Source: Sulfurimonadaceae bacterium | GTDB taxonomy: Bacteria; Campylobacterota; Campylobacteria; Campylobacterales; Sulfurimonadaceae | Assembly (NCBI GenBank): GCA_041548245.1 | Contig: JBFESZ010000027.1 | Coordinates: 1-22,788 of the forward strand | Length of the DNA stretch: 22,788 nucleotides | Reading direction: 5' to 3' | Part shown: piece after piece, positions 1-9,600 of the stretch | Layout: each line of letters opens with the position of its first letter | How positions within the stretch are numbered: position 1 is the first letter of the stretch | Made by a program: the position numbers and the translations under genes | The notes under the pieces: model-generated | The model's input: the letters and a program-made list of their open reading frames with translations, nothing else | Database searches by the model: none | Told to the model about the DNA's origin: nothing

Positions 1-1484
1 CCGGCAAAGACTGATACACTGGAATGTATGTCACCACCTTTTGGCGTATAAAAACCAGAAATACCAACTTTAAGGTCGTTGTTTCCGATGGTATTTGAAA
101 CTTTTTGGTAGCCATCAAAAACAGAAAAACTACGAATGGTCTCATTGATATTTCGGTATATAATGACAAGAGACCAGGCACCAAAGGTGCCCAGTGATTC
201 ATATTTTCCTTCTTTGACTGGGATATTGGCAACAGTAAAGCTGCCATCTTTCCAATTATTACTCTTCACAAGAGTCGTTATGTCTTTAAAAGCAGAATAA
301 CTGGTCGTATCAGGAAAACCTGAATCATGATAGTCCAGACTGTCAAATCCGCCAACATCAACATAAGCAGAACCATTATTCTTGATCTTTGGTGACATAC
401 CCGTGACCTGGCTAAGATTCCCATCATCGACTAAGGCTTGCCAATAAAGACCGGCCCATTCGATCTCACTATTATTTGCATCCGAAAAGGTCATTGTGGC
501 TGAAGTGGCAGGATAGATTCCTCCACCCTCATGGTATTGACAGAGAACATACTGGTCATTCGTATCGGTAGCATTATCGATATAGGTTCCATTGGTATAT
601 GTCGAACAGTCTGCCGAAGCATTTGAGCTTTCATCAGCTCCATTGTTATAAGGAGCTACAAGAAGTGTATTACCGATGGTTAGCATATTACCAGGTAGCA
701 TAATCTGTTTACGTAAACAAAAATCTCTGTAGCCATCTGTTGTCCCGGTGGTACAGTTTTCAACGGAGATAGTTGGAAATTTGATGACGACCAAGACATT
801 GCCTTGCTCAGACAGGTTTCCTAAATTGTCTTGAACGGTGTATGTAAAACTGTCTGTTCCGGTATACCCTACATCAGGAGTGTATGTTACAATACCGGTA
901 GTACTATTAACATTTACCTCACCATGGTTTGGGGTATCCACAATAGTGACAGTGCTTTTATCAATAGTGCCATCATCTTTGTCGTTGGCTGTTACGTCTA
1001 TTGGTACAGGGGTATCCATAAGTGTTTGTGTACTGTCTTCATTGGCAATAGGATCAATAGCCTCTCTAAAAACTAGGTCAAATCCGTAGTCGAAGTCGTC
1101 ATTTTTACCTACAATACGTACGGTAATAGTCTCTCCTGCTGACACACTGATACTCGCAGTGTCACTGGTGGCATTAGATAAGACTTGTGTATTATTACCA
1201 CAAGATAAAGCTCCCATATAGACGTTAACAGTATTTCCAGAAGAGATAAAAATTTCTAATGTTCCATCTACATTAAGCTGGAAGGTGAATGCGTCAGTAT
1301 AATCACCAGAGTTCTTGATGATGTGCCCCGGTCCAACCTCGACGTTGGCATCCGTTGTTGCTCCATTTAAGTCCGTCAGGAGTTGTGTATTGTCACAAGT
1401 GTTGTTGGAATCAACGGCTACAGCAGCATAGGCCATCTGGCAAGAGAGAAAAAGCATAAGTAAAAGAGTATTAAAATGCTTCAT
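1..1484 (-). CDS. Large secreted/surface adhesin-like protein with an Ig-like (Big_9/tandem-95, cadherin-like) domain; partial, continues beyond the left edge
   Basis: Manual translation: ATG at 1484 with AAGGA RBS upstream, open to position 1 (over 490 aa). Starts MKHFNTLLLMLFLSCQMAYAAVAV (signal peptide). Contains PIANEDSTQTLMDTPVPIDVTANDKDDG...PNHGEVNV...VTYTPDVGYTGTDSFTYTVQDNLG (typical Big_9 repeat), followed by a beta-rich domain with EWAGLYW...FTVANI...GAWSLVIIY...FSVFDG. Confidence 0.85.
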   Translation of the reverse strand, partial: MKHFNTLLLMLFLSCQMAYAAVAVDSNNTCDNTQLLTDLNGATTDANVEVGPGHIIKNSGDYTDAFTFQLNVDGTLEIFISSGNTVNVYMGALSCGNNTQVLSNATSDTASISVSAGETITVRIVGKNDDFDYGFDLVFREAIDPIANEDSTQTLMDTPVPIDVTANDKDDGTIDKSTVTIVDTPNHGEVNVNSTTGIVTYTPDVGYTGTDSFTYTVQDNLGNLSEQGNVLVVIKFPTISVENCTTGTTDGYRDFCLRKQIMLPGNMLTIGNTLLVAPYNNGADESSNASADCSTYTNGTYIDNATDTNDQYVLCQYHEGGGIYPATSATMTFSDANNSEIEWAGLYWQALVDDGNLSQVTGMSPKIKNNGSAYVDVGGFDSLDYHDSGFPDTTSYSAFKDITTLVKSNNWKDGSFTVANIPVKEGKYESLGTFGAWSLVIIYRNINETIRSFSVFDGYQKVSNTIGNNDLKVGISGFYTPKGGDIHSSVSVFA

Positions 1485-1549
1485 AAGTCAATCCTTTTTT
1501 CTACACACATAAAGAGGGCTCTAACCGTATGTGAGAATTGTATTAACTA

Positions 1550-1555
1550 ATTATA
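1550..1555 (-). promoter_or_regulatory. Putative sigma70 -10 box (TATAAT) for the surface-protein gene
   Basis: Minus-strand GGTTATAAT about 65 nt upstream of the ATG at 1484, with AT-rich sequence further upstream. Confidence 0.5.
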
Positions 1556-1659
1556 ACCAGATATATACTTCATTTAACGTTAAATTTCATATCTAGGATA
1601 TAATTTTTTTTAATTCAGAAAGCTGTTGTTCGGGGGTTTACTATCGGTTTGCTATGTGT

Positions 1660-2433
1660 TTACGAAAGTGCATCGGCACGCGCTTTTGCCTGAGCAATCG
1701 CATCGATGCAAGCATCTCTTACCCCTGCTTTTTCAAGGGCGGCATATCCGGCCGATGTTGTTCCGCCTGGACTCATGACGGCGTCTTTCAAAAGAGCGGG
1801 GTGTTCTTTCTGGATGATAGCACCAAAACCTTCAAAAAGTCCCCGCATTATCACCATGGCATCGGAACGTTTAAGTCCCTGGTTTACCGCGCCATCGGTT
1901 AAGGCTTCAGCGATCAGAGCAAGGTATGCCGGGCCGCTTCCTGCCAGTGCTGTGGCAATGTCGATCTCTTTCTCATTGCCCAGCCAATGTGCTTTTCCTA
2001 TGGCGCTGAAGATCTCGAGGGCTTCCCCTTTTAAGTTTTCAGAACCTGTCAGGGTCGTCATCGATTTTTGAATGGATGCGGCCATATTTGGCATAGCTCT
2101 GACATAATCATTGGCTTTAATGAAATTCTTTAAGCTTTCAAGTGTTGTCCCAGCAAGAATCGAGTAAAGCGCGTTGGCATGGCCTTGAAGTTGGGCAGAG
2201 ACTTCCTGAAGGTTTTGTGGCTTGACACCGAAAATGACAGTCTTCCCAGTAATATCAAAACCGTCTAGAGAGTGTTTTTTGATGTTAATACCCAGTTTTT
2301 TTTCAAAGGAGTCAAGATTTGCTGGGTTTCTGCCGATGACTTCGATTTCATACTCATCTTTTAGTCCCATTGCTATAGCCAGGGCCATATTCCCGTTTCC
2401 GATAAAACTGATTAACTTAGGCATTGTCTTCAT
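1660..2433 (-). CDS. proC: Pyrroline-5-carboxylate reductase
   Basis: N-terminal FIGNGNMA nucleotide-binding motif, VKPQ, RAMPN, ALAGSGPAY and VMSPGGTT P5CR signatures. Confidence 0.96.
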   Translation of the reverse strand: MKTMPKLISFIGNGNMALAIAMGLKDEYEIEVIGRNPANLDSFEKKLGINIKKHSLDGFDITGKTVIFGVKPQNLQEVSAQLQGHANALYSILAGTTLESLKNFIKANDYVRAMPNMAASIQKSMTTLTGSENLKGEALEIFSAIGKAHWLGNEKEIDIATALAGSGPAYLALIAEALTDGAVNQGLKRSDAMVIMRGLFEGFGAIIQKEHPALLKDAVMSPGGTTSAGYAALEKAGVRDACIDAIAQAKARADALS

Positions 2434-2821
2434 CTTTATTCATAAAATCAGCGATACATTCAGCCATACCATGCCCTTGCGCCGATTTACCATCAAGAAT
2501 AATCTGGGCCATAGTCTGGTTGTCGGTATTAAAGACAAATGGAGCGACAAAGTTGATAGTGGATTGTTCCAATGGCGTGTGGATGATGACGACGTTAAAG
2601 ACCAGAATATTTGAGTTTTCCTTGATCTCCAGTAGGCTTTGTGTCGCCTCGGGGATATCGATCTCATAGGCTTTTAGTACAAAGGGATTGATCAGGGTAA
2701 AGGAGGGACTTCCAGCATCCTCCGCATTTTCTAGTCGCATAAAAATATCGTCGATCTTGGTCAATGTCATTTTTTTGACTGACTCAAATCCTAAAAGAGG
2801 GAGTTTTAACTCAAACTGCAT
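2417..2821 (-). CDS. fliW: Flagellar assembly factor FliW (flagellin-binding CsrA antagonist)
   Basis: Motifs LPLLGFE, SFTLINPF, YEIDIP, STINFVAP and MAQIILD. Start placed at ATG 2821 (AAGG RBS, extended -10 at 2853-2861) rather than TTG 2935 of the ORF track. 3' end overlaps the proC start. Confidence 0.92.
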   Translation of the reverse strand: MQFELKLPLLGFESVKKMTLTKIDDIFMRLENAEDAGSPSFTLINPFVLKAYEIDIPEATQSLLEIKENSNILVFNVVIIHTPLEQSTINFVAPFVFNTDNQTMAQIILDGKSAQGHGMAECIADFMNKDEDNA

Positions 2822-2852
2822 GTATTGCCTTGACTTTATTATATGTGTCAAC

Positions 2853-2861
2853 ATTGTAGCA
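2853..2861 (-). promoter_or_regulatory. Extended -10 promoter (TGCTACAAT) for fliW-proC
   Basis: Matches TGnTAnAAT, about 30 nt upstream of the fliW ATG. Confidence 0.55.
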
Positions 2862-3066
2862 CCGTAAAAGTTAAAAGGCAAGATATAGGTTTTGAAACAG
2901 ATTGACAAGCAGGTAAGGGTGATGATGACCAACAAGATAGTGAAAGTGCTGATGAAATATCTTAAACAGATAAGATTTGTCTTGACTGCTGTGTTTCTTT
3001 AAACTCTAACTAACACCTTATTGGATAAAATCACTCGCTTTATAAGAAGATTTATTTAGGACTATC

Positions 3067-3792
3067 ATGAGATTAAAGATTTATATGTTTGTATTTGCCA
3101 CGGCACTATTGCTTAGCGGTTGTGGAAAAGATGTCTCTGAATACAACAAACCTGCTGCTTATTGGTATGAGAAGATGATCGATTCGGTAGCTAACGACTC
3201 GTTGGAAAAAGCCGATGGGTATTTTTCTTCTTTACAGAGTGAGCACATCGGTTCACCGCTCTTACCTGAAGCAACGATGATTATGGCTCAAGCCCATATG
3301 CAACTAGGTGAGTATATGTTGGCAGAACATTTTCTTGACGAGTATATGCGACGTTTCGCAGATCCTCAGGAGAGGGAATTTGCAGCCTATTTGAAAATGA
3401 GAGCAAAGTTTATGGCCTTACCTAATCCGCGTCGTGATCAAACACTGATCCATGATGCCCTTTTGGAGGGCGAAGCCTTTGTCAAACGTTATCCTACTTC
3501 GCCTTATCTTCTTGGGGTAAACACCATGCTGGTTAAGCTATATTTGGCACGTGCTAATCTCAACCAGACTATCTCTGGTCTGTATGAGCGACTGGATAAA
3601 CCAAAGGCCTCTGCATTTTATGCACAGAAACAGCCTGAGACATGGATAAACTGGAATGAAGTCGAAGCACCTGATACTGCTTGGTATAGAGAGATGTTTG
3701 AAGGTGATGGAACAGAAAGCTGGTATGCCTCGTGGATACCAAAGTCAACGAGTGTTATTGCTCAAGATGCCGAGGGTAATGACAAAGAGTGA
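3067..3792 (+). CDS. bamD: Outer membrane protein assembly factor BamD (ComL/YfiO) lipoprotein
   Basis: Lipobox LLLSGC, TPR-like helical pattern (YNKPAAYWY, RDQTL, FVKRYPTSPY), AGGA RBS, located upstream of lon as in other Campylobacterota. Confidence 0.88.
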   Translation: MRLKIYMFVFATALLLSGCGKDVSEYNKPAAYWYEKMIDSVANDSLEKADGYFSSLQSEHIGSPLLPEATMIMAQAHMQLGEYMLAEHFLDEYMRRFADPQEREFAAYLKMRAKFMALPNPRRDQTLIHDALLEGEAFVKRYPTSPYLLGVNTMLVKLYLARANLNQTISGLYERLDKPKASAFYAQKQPETWINWNEVEAPDTAWYREMFEGDGTESWYASWIPKSTSVIAQDAEGNDKE

Positions 3793-3844
3793 TCATTTCT
3801 CATCAACATATTTAATTATCTATCAATTAATTTAAGGAAATTTT

Positions 3845-6265
3845 ATGCAATTAAGTCACTATAGCTCTTTCCCTGCGAATCTTCCGATCATTGCAGAGGA
3901 TGAACTTTTTTTATATCCGTTTATGATCTCACCACTTTTTCTAAGTGATGAGAAGAATATAAAAGCTGCTGCACTTGCCATCGAGGATAATTCGCTGGTA
4001 CTTGTCTGTCCAACCCGTCCTGATGAAGAGGGCGCGCGTGACTTTGAAGGTATATACAAGGCCGGTGTCATTGGTTCGATCATGCGAAAGGTCTCCTTGC
4101 CGGATGGGCGCATTAAAGTGCTGTTTCAAGGTCTCGCCAGAGGAAAGGTGCTTGAAGAGATCGGCAGTGATCCAATGGTTGCCAAAGTCGATGTCATTGA
4201 AAGCAGTAGTGAAAATGAATTGAAGATGGATGCCATCTTAGAGATTGTACGTGAGAAAGTCCGTACACTCTCTCAGGTCAGCAACTATTTCCCGCCTGAT
4301 CTTCTACGAACGATTGAAGAAAATCATGAGCATGACCGTATCGCTGATTTGATCTGTTCATCCATCAAGTTTAAAAAAGAACTTGCCTATGAACTGTTTA
4401 TTGAGGAGAACCTGGAAAAACGTTATCTTAAACTGATTAATGCTTTAACCGAAGAAATTGAAGCCAATAAGCTGCAAAAAGAGATTCGTTCCAAGGTACA
4501 TAATCGTATAGAGAAAGTCAATAAGGAGTATTTCCTTAAAGAGCAGCTTAAACAGATTCAGCGTGAACTAGGCTCAGATACTCAACGTGAAGAAGAGATT
4601 GAAGAGTATAGAGCCAAGCTTGAAAAAAAGAAAAAATCAATGGGAGAGGATGCCTACAAAGAAGTACATAAACAGCTTGAACGTTTTGCACGTATGCATC
4701 CAGACTCATCTGATGCCGGGATGATTCAAACCTATTTGGAGTGGGTTTTGGAGATCCCTTATGGCGAGTTGGCCAAGAAGTCTTTGAGGATTGAAGATGT
4801 TGAGAAACAGCTGGACAAAGACCATTTTTCGCTCAAGAAACCCAAAGAGCGCATCGTAGAGTATTTTTCCGTCAAAGAGCTGCTTGAGCTTCGAGGTATG
4901 AATGACAAAGAGGGCCGTGGTGCTATACTATGTTTCGCAGGTCCTCCGGGTGTGGGTAAGACCTCTTTGGCTAACTCTATTGCAGAAGCCCTTAAACGGC
5001 CGCTTGTACGTATTGCATTGGGCGGACTCGAAGATGTAAACGAGCTACGGGGCCATAGACGTACCTACGTGGGTGCGATGCCGGGGCGTATAGTACAGGG
5101 CCTTATTGATGCCAAGAAGATGAATCCGATCATCGTGTTGGATGAAATTGACAAAGTAGGGCGTTCACAACGCGGCGATCCTACATCCGCATTATTAGAG
5201 ATTCTGGATCCGGAACAAAACAATAATTTTAGAGACTATTATCTGAATTTCAATATGGACCTCTCTAAGGCAATATTTATTGCAACGGCAAATGATGTCA
5301 GCCGTATACCGGCTCCTCTTCGTGACAGGATGGAGTTTATTGCCGTAAGCTCATACACTCCACAAGAGAAGTTTGAGATTGCCAAACGTTATCTTTTACC
5401 TCAAGAGATTAAAAAGCATGGTTTGAAGACATCGGAAGTTTCTGTATCAAAGACTGCTCTTCAGGAGATTATTCACAAGTATACGCGTGAAGCCGGTGTC
5501 CGTAATCTTCGCCGTCGTATAGCAGACCTTGTCCGTAAGTCTGCAAAGATGATCTTGGAAGATCCCGAACTTGGCAAAGTCTCGATAACGCTTAAAAACG
5601 TGAAAAGTTTTCTAGAGAAGACCGTCTTTGAGATTGACAAGACAGACAGTATTCCGAGAGTGGGTGTGGTCAATGGCCTTGCATGGACATCGGTTGGCGG
5701 TGATGTTTTACGGATTGAAGCTATTCGTATTAAAGGCAAAGGACAGATGCAAGTCACAGGCAGCCTGGGTGATGTGATGAAAGAGTCATCACGTATTGCA
5801 ATGAGTGTGGTCAAAACCTTGATTGATACGCATAAAATAGAGATATCTTCCGAAGATGTGCCACGCAGTATGAAAGAGATAGAAGAGAAGATTGACATTG
5901 ATGTGGCTGAGGTCTATAAGCGTTATGATCTTCATGTCCATGTTCCAGACGGTGCAACACCAAAAGATGGTCCTAGTGCGGGGATAGCTATGGTGTCAGT
6001 CATAGCATCTATTCTCAGCAGTAAGAAAATACGTTCGGACGTAGCAATGACAGGTGAGATTTCCCTAACAGGTGATGTACTTCCTATCGGAGGTTTACGA
6101 GAGAAACTGATCGCAGCACATCGTGCGGATATGGTCGAAGTGTTGATCCCGTATAAGAATTATGAACGTGACCTCGAAGACATTCCGGATGAGGTGCGTA
6201 CAGCATTAAAGATAACAGCGGTCAAGCGTATTGAAGAAGTTTTAGATATTGTACTAGTAGATTGA
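3845..6265 (+). CDS. lon: ATP-dependent Lon protease (endopeptidase La)
   Basis: Walker A GPPGVGKT, LRGHRRTYVGAMPG, Walker B VLDEIDK, catalytic Ser motif PKDGPSAG and PIGGLREK. Confidence 0.98.
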   Translation: MQLSHYSSFPANLPIIAEDELFLYPFMISPLFLSDEKNIKAAALAIEDNSLVLVCPTRPDEEGARDFEGIYKAGVIGSIMRKVSLPDGRIKVLFQGLARGKVLEEIGSDPMVAKVDVIESSSENELKMDAILEIVREKVRTLSQVSNYFPPDLLRTIEENHEHDRIADLICSSIKFKKELAYELFIEENLEKRYLKLINALTEEIEANKLQKEIRSKVHNRIEKVNKEYFLKEQLKQIQRELGSDTQREEEIEEYRAKLEKKKKSMGEDAYKEVHKQLERFARMHPDSSDAGMIQTYLEWVLEIPYGELAKKSLRIEDVEKQLDKDHFSLKKPKERIVEYFSVKELLELRGMNDKEGRGAILCFAGPPGVGKTSLANSIAEALKRPLVRIALGGLEDVNELRGHRRTYVGAMPGRIVQGLIDAKKMNPIIVLDEIDKVGRSQRGDPTSALLEILDPEQNNNFRDYYLNFNMDLSKAIFIATANDVSRIPAPLRDRMEFIAVSSYTPQEKFEIAKRYLLPQEIKKHGLKTSEVSVSKTALQEIIHKYTREAGVRNLRRRIADLVRKSAKMILEDPELGKVSITLKNVKSFLEKTVFEIDKTDSIPRVGVVNGLAWTSVGGDVLRIEAIRIKGKGQMQVTGSLGDVMKESSRIAMSVVKTLIDTHKIEISSEDVPRSMKEIEEKIDIDVAEVYKRYDLHVHVPDGATPKDGPSAGIAMVSVIASILSSKKIRSDVAMTGEISLTGDVLPIGGLREKLIAAHRADMVEVLIPYKNYERDLEDIPDEVRTALKITAVKRIEEVLDIVLVD

Positions 6266-6280
6266 TTGTTTGCAAAAGAG

Positions 6281-6304
6281 TAAGAAGGATGTGATTCCTT
6301 CTTA
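6281..6304. terminator. Hairpin between convergent lon and the response regulator; likely bidirectional terminator
   Basis: Perfect 9-bp stem TAAGAAGGA / TCCTTCTTA with 6-nt loop. U-tracts are weak. Confidence 0.6.
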
Positions 6305-6315
6305 ATGAATAAAGA

Positions 6316-6690
6316 CTATAGGTTTATAAGACGCTCTATCTTTTCAGAAAGTACTTCTGAACGTACCGGTTTCATCACGAAGTCGTTTGCCCCACACTCC
6401 AGTGCTTCACCTTTTTTTGTCTCATCTGTTGTCAGTACAATAATTGGGATATTCCTATAATTACTATCAGCACGGACAATTTTAAGAACCTCGATCCCAC
6501 CCATTACTGGCATGATAATATCGAGCAAAATCAGGCCAATATCATTTTGTGATTTCAAAACATCCAGTGCATCGGCACCATTCTTTGCTTCGATAACCTC
6601 TGCAACATTGGGCATTTTAAGCAACATCGATTTCATAAGTTTCAAATTGATCATATCATCGTCAACAGCCAGAACTTTTATTTGACTCAT
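6316..6690 (-). CDS. Single-domain (CheY-like) response regulator
   Basis: VLAVDDD acidic pocket, ILLDIIMP phosphoacceptor Asp, IIVLTT and FVMKP. 124 aa with no output domain. Confidence 0.93.
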   Translation of the reverse strand: MSQIKVLAVDDDMINLKLMKSMLLKMPNVAEVIEAKNGADALDVLKSQNDIGLILLDIIMPVMGGIEVLKIVRADSNYRNIPIIVLTTDETKKGEALECGANDFVMKPVRSEVLSEKIERLINL

Positions 6691-6699
6691 ACTATTCCC

Positions 6700-9600
6700 T
6701 TAAATAAATTTTTCAAAGACCAGGCGAAGAAGGTCTTTGTTGATTACATTTTTAATGATTTCATGAACATAGTTTGCATCGCTTTCATCAGCATCCAATG
6801 CCGGATCGATCATAAGGACAAGTGCAGTATCTTCATTCTGTGTTTTAATACCGGCAGCAAGTTCAGGTATGCTAAGTCCATCACTCTCTTTATCAAAAAG
6901 TACCAGTTTAAACTTTTTTGAACGAACAGTCTCTTGTAGCGCCTCTACCCCATCAACGACAATAGAGGTGTAACCGAGATCATCTAGAAGAGATTTAAAG
7001 AGTCGGTTTTCAAATGAACTTTTCTTAGCAAGGAGTATATCGGCGTCATATTTTGACACCGCTGGGACTTCAGTAGCATCATCCGTATAAATATTCTCAT
7101 CCATCTCCAAAGTCTCTTCAATCGGAGCGAAGACTTCTTCTTGAGGTATTTCTACTGTTGGTTCTATTTCAAGGGCCATCTCATCAAGACTAAGATCAAC
7201 ATCAAAATCAGCATCATCAAGTACAGTATCAAGTACGCTCTCTTCAATAGCTGATGGCGTTGTCGATACTGGTTCTTCTAATGCTGCATTCATAACAGGT
7301 TCGGATGTTATTTCGGCTACAGGCTCATCTTCAACTGTTGTCGCATCTACGATCTTGTGTCCGATAAAGTGGTTAAGCAAAGAGATGATTTCACTTCGGA
7401 CTAAAGGTTTAGTTGTATATTCATCCATTCCCGCACCCATAAACCTTTCACGGTCACCTTTAAGGGCATTCGCTGTCAAGGCAATGATCGGAGTATGTTG
7501 CACATTATAGTCTTCTTCATACTCCAAGATTTCTTGTGTGGCTTCAACCCCGTCAAGTACTGGCATCTGGATATCCATAAAGATAACATCGAACTCATTG
7601 TTCTTGCGTTTTTCAAAAGCCTCAAGTCCATTATTGGCCAGCGTGACATTGATACCTATATCTTCAAGGGTACGTTTGATAAGTTTTTGGTTAATCAAAT
7701 TGTCTTCTGCAACAAGTGCCTTGGCATCAAAGCGTGAAGTCTTCTCGTCGTACTTACGTTTTTGAACAGTTTTTACCTTAGGCTGATTGAACTCTTGAAC
7801 ATCATACGATGCCAATGCCGATCGAATCTTAGAAGCATTCATCGGTTCATACATCACTTTAAAGATATCAAGCTTGAGTGAATCGATCTTTTTCATATAG
7901 TATGATTTTGTTACCAGAATCATGCGTTCTGGATGTTTAACATACTCTTTTAAGGTCTCTTCATTGGCATAGTCGTAATCTACAAACATTAGATCATAAG
8001 AGATCTTTTGTTCAAGTTTTTTAAGTTCGTCAAGGTTTTTAAAGCTTGCATACGAGACACCATAGAAATCAAGGTATTGGCGAAGGTTGGCATCCTGGAC
8101 TTTTCGTTTGCTCGCACTTTCCAATATAACAGCATTGATGTTTGAATACTGGTTACGCATTGACTCATTGAGGGTTTCGATCTCTTCAAAGTCAAGGGTA
8201 AAGAAGAATGTTGTACCTTTGCCTGGCTCAGATTCGAGATCAAGTTTTCCACCCATCAAGTCGACGAAACTGCTTGAAATGGTTAGACCAAGACCCGTAC
8301 CGCCGTATTTACGTGTAATGGATGAATCAGCTTGACCAAAGGCGTCAAAGATTCTGTCTTTTTGCTCTTTGGTGACACCGATACCGCTGTCTTTTACACT
8401 GAATTTGATACGTGCAGTATTCTCTTCTTCACATGGAACCCTTCGGATATCAACCGTAATCGCCCCACCGCTGTTAGTAAATTTGACGGCATTGGATAGA
8501 AGGTTGATGACAACCTCTTTAATCTTGGTTGGATCCCCTTTGATAGGACGTTCAATATTTGGATCGATAAAACAACCAAGGTCAATATGTTTTTCAGAGG
8601 CACGAACGGCATAGACTTCAACAGCTGATTCAAACTCTTCCTGAGCATTAAAGACGATCTCTTCAATTTCAAGTTTATTCGATTCGATTTTAGAAAGGTC
8701 AAGAATGTTGTTGATGATCTCCAGAAGATTTTCTGAAGACTTTTCAATAATATCAACGAACTCACGTTGCTCATCATGCAAGGCAGTGTCTTTGAGAAGT
8801 TCAGTAAATCCGACGATACCATTGAGTGGTGTTCGGATTTCGTGTGACATGTTTGCAAGGAACATTGACTTGGCTTCTGAAGCCTCCATCGCAAACTCTT
8901 TATCTCGACGTGTCTGCTCAATAATACTCTCAAGAAGTTGGTACGCCTGTGCAGTACCTTTTGTCGTATCGAGATTGATATGGCTTGCGATTTCAGCTGA
9001 AGAGAGTTCATCACCCTCATGAGTATCCGTCGCAACACGCTGAAGAATAACCTCAAGGTTTTTGATGTTTCTTGCGATATCGGTTGATAGTAAGATACCA
9101 AAGATCGCACCGAGGATAGCAAAGGCCCAAATGGCGATAGAGATGATAAGGATTTGTAGCTGTTCCTGCTTATAGAGCTCAGACTCTTTATCCATCGCGT
9201 TAAGTAGGATCTGCTCAGCCTCATCGATAAGGTTTACTTTTTCAGAAAGCATTGTAAACCAGATTCCCGATTCCGTTGCATAAAGACCATCATTAACAGC
9301 TTGCATGATCTCGGCACGCTCCAAGGTGATGTCTTCAAAAAGTTCGGCATTGTCTTCATCTGTGAAGAGTGTTTTCAGTTGTGACTTAAGATCAGCATTG
9401 GTGAGTGCATTGTAGTTAAGTGCATCTGCCTTACCGATAAGAGTCAACCAGACATTGAGCTCCTCCGAGTCGAATTTTGTAGAACGTGCCAATGCATAGG
9501 TAATAAAGTCACGTTCAGAACTGGTGTACTCTTTCGCTTTTGCTAAAATAAGGTAAGTGGTTGCAATAGAGGTAATCTCTTCATCGAGCTGATAGTTACT

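Noticed and set aside
831-1089. Plus-strand ORFs 831-1076 and 838-1089, and other short ORFs within proC, lon, the kinase, uvrC, nadB, nhaD, guaA, the OMP gene and purD
   Set aside because: Antisense or out-of-frame shadows of well-supported genes.
1610-1660. GCAAACC on the minus strand upstream of the adhesin, as a c-di-GMP-I riboswitch
   Set aside because: Lacks the GNRA-capped P2 stem and the GACGCAAAGC segment.
2822-2935. Hydrophobic N-terminal extension of FliW in the ORF track
   Set aside because: An RBS and an extended -10 box lie within it, supporting ATG 2821. FliW is a soluble protein of about 130-140 aa.
5820-5925. Insertion in the Lon protease domain
   Set aside because: Short in-frame charged loop with no intein motifs. 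I recall similar inserts in other Campylobacterota Lon proteins.
8394-9224. 276-aa alternative-frame ORF inside the histidine kinase
   Set aside because: Same-strand shifted frame overlapping the conserved HisKA/HATPase. Ser/Leu/Arg-rich composition typical of shadow ORFs, with no motifs.
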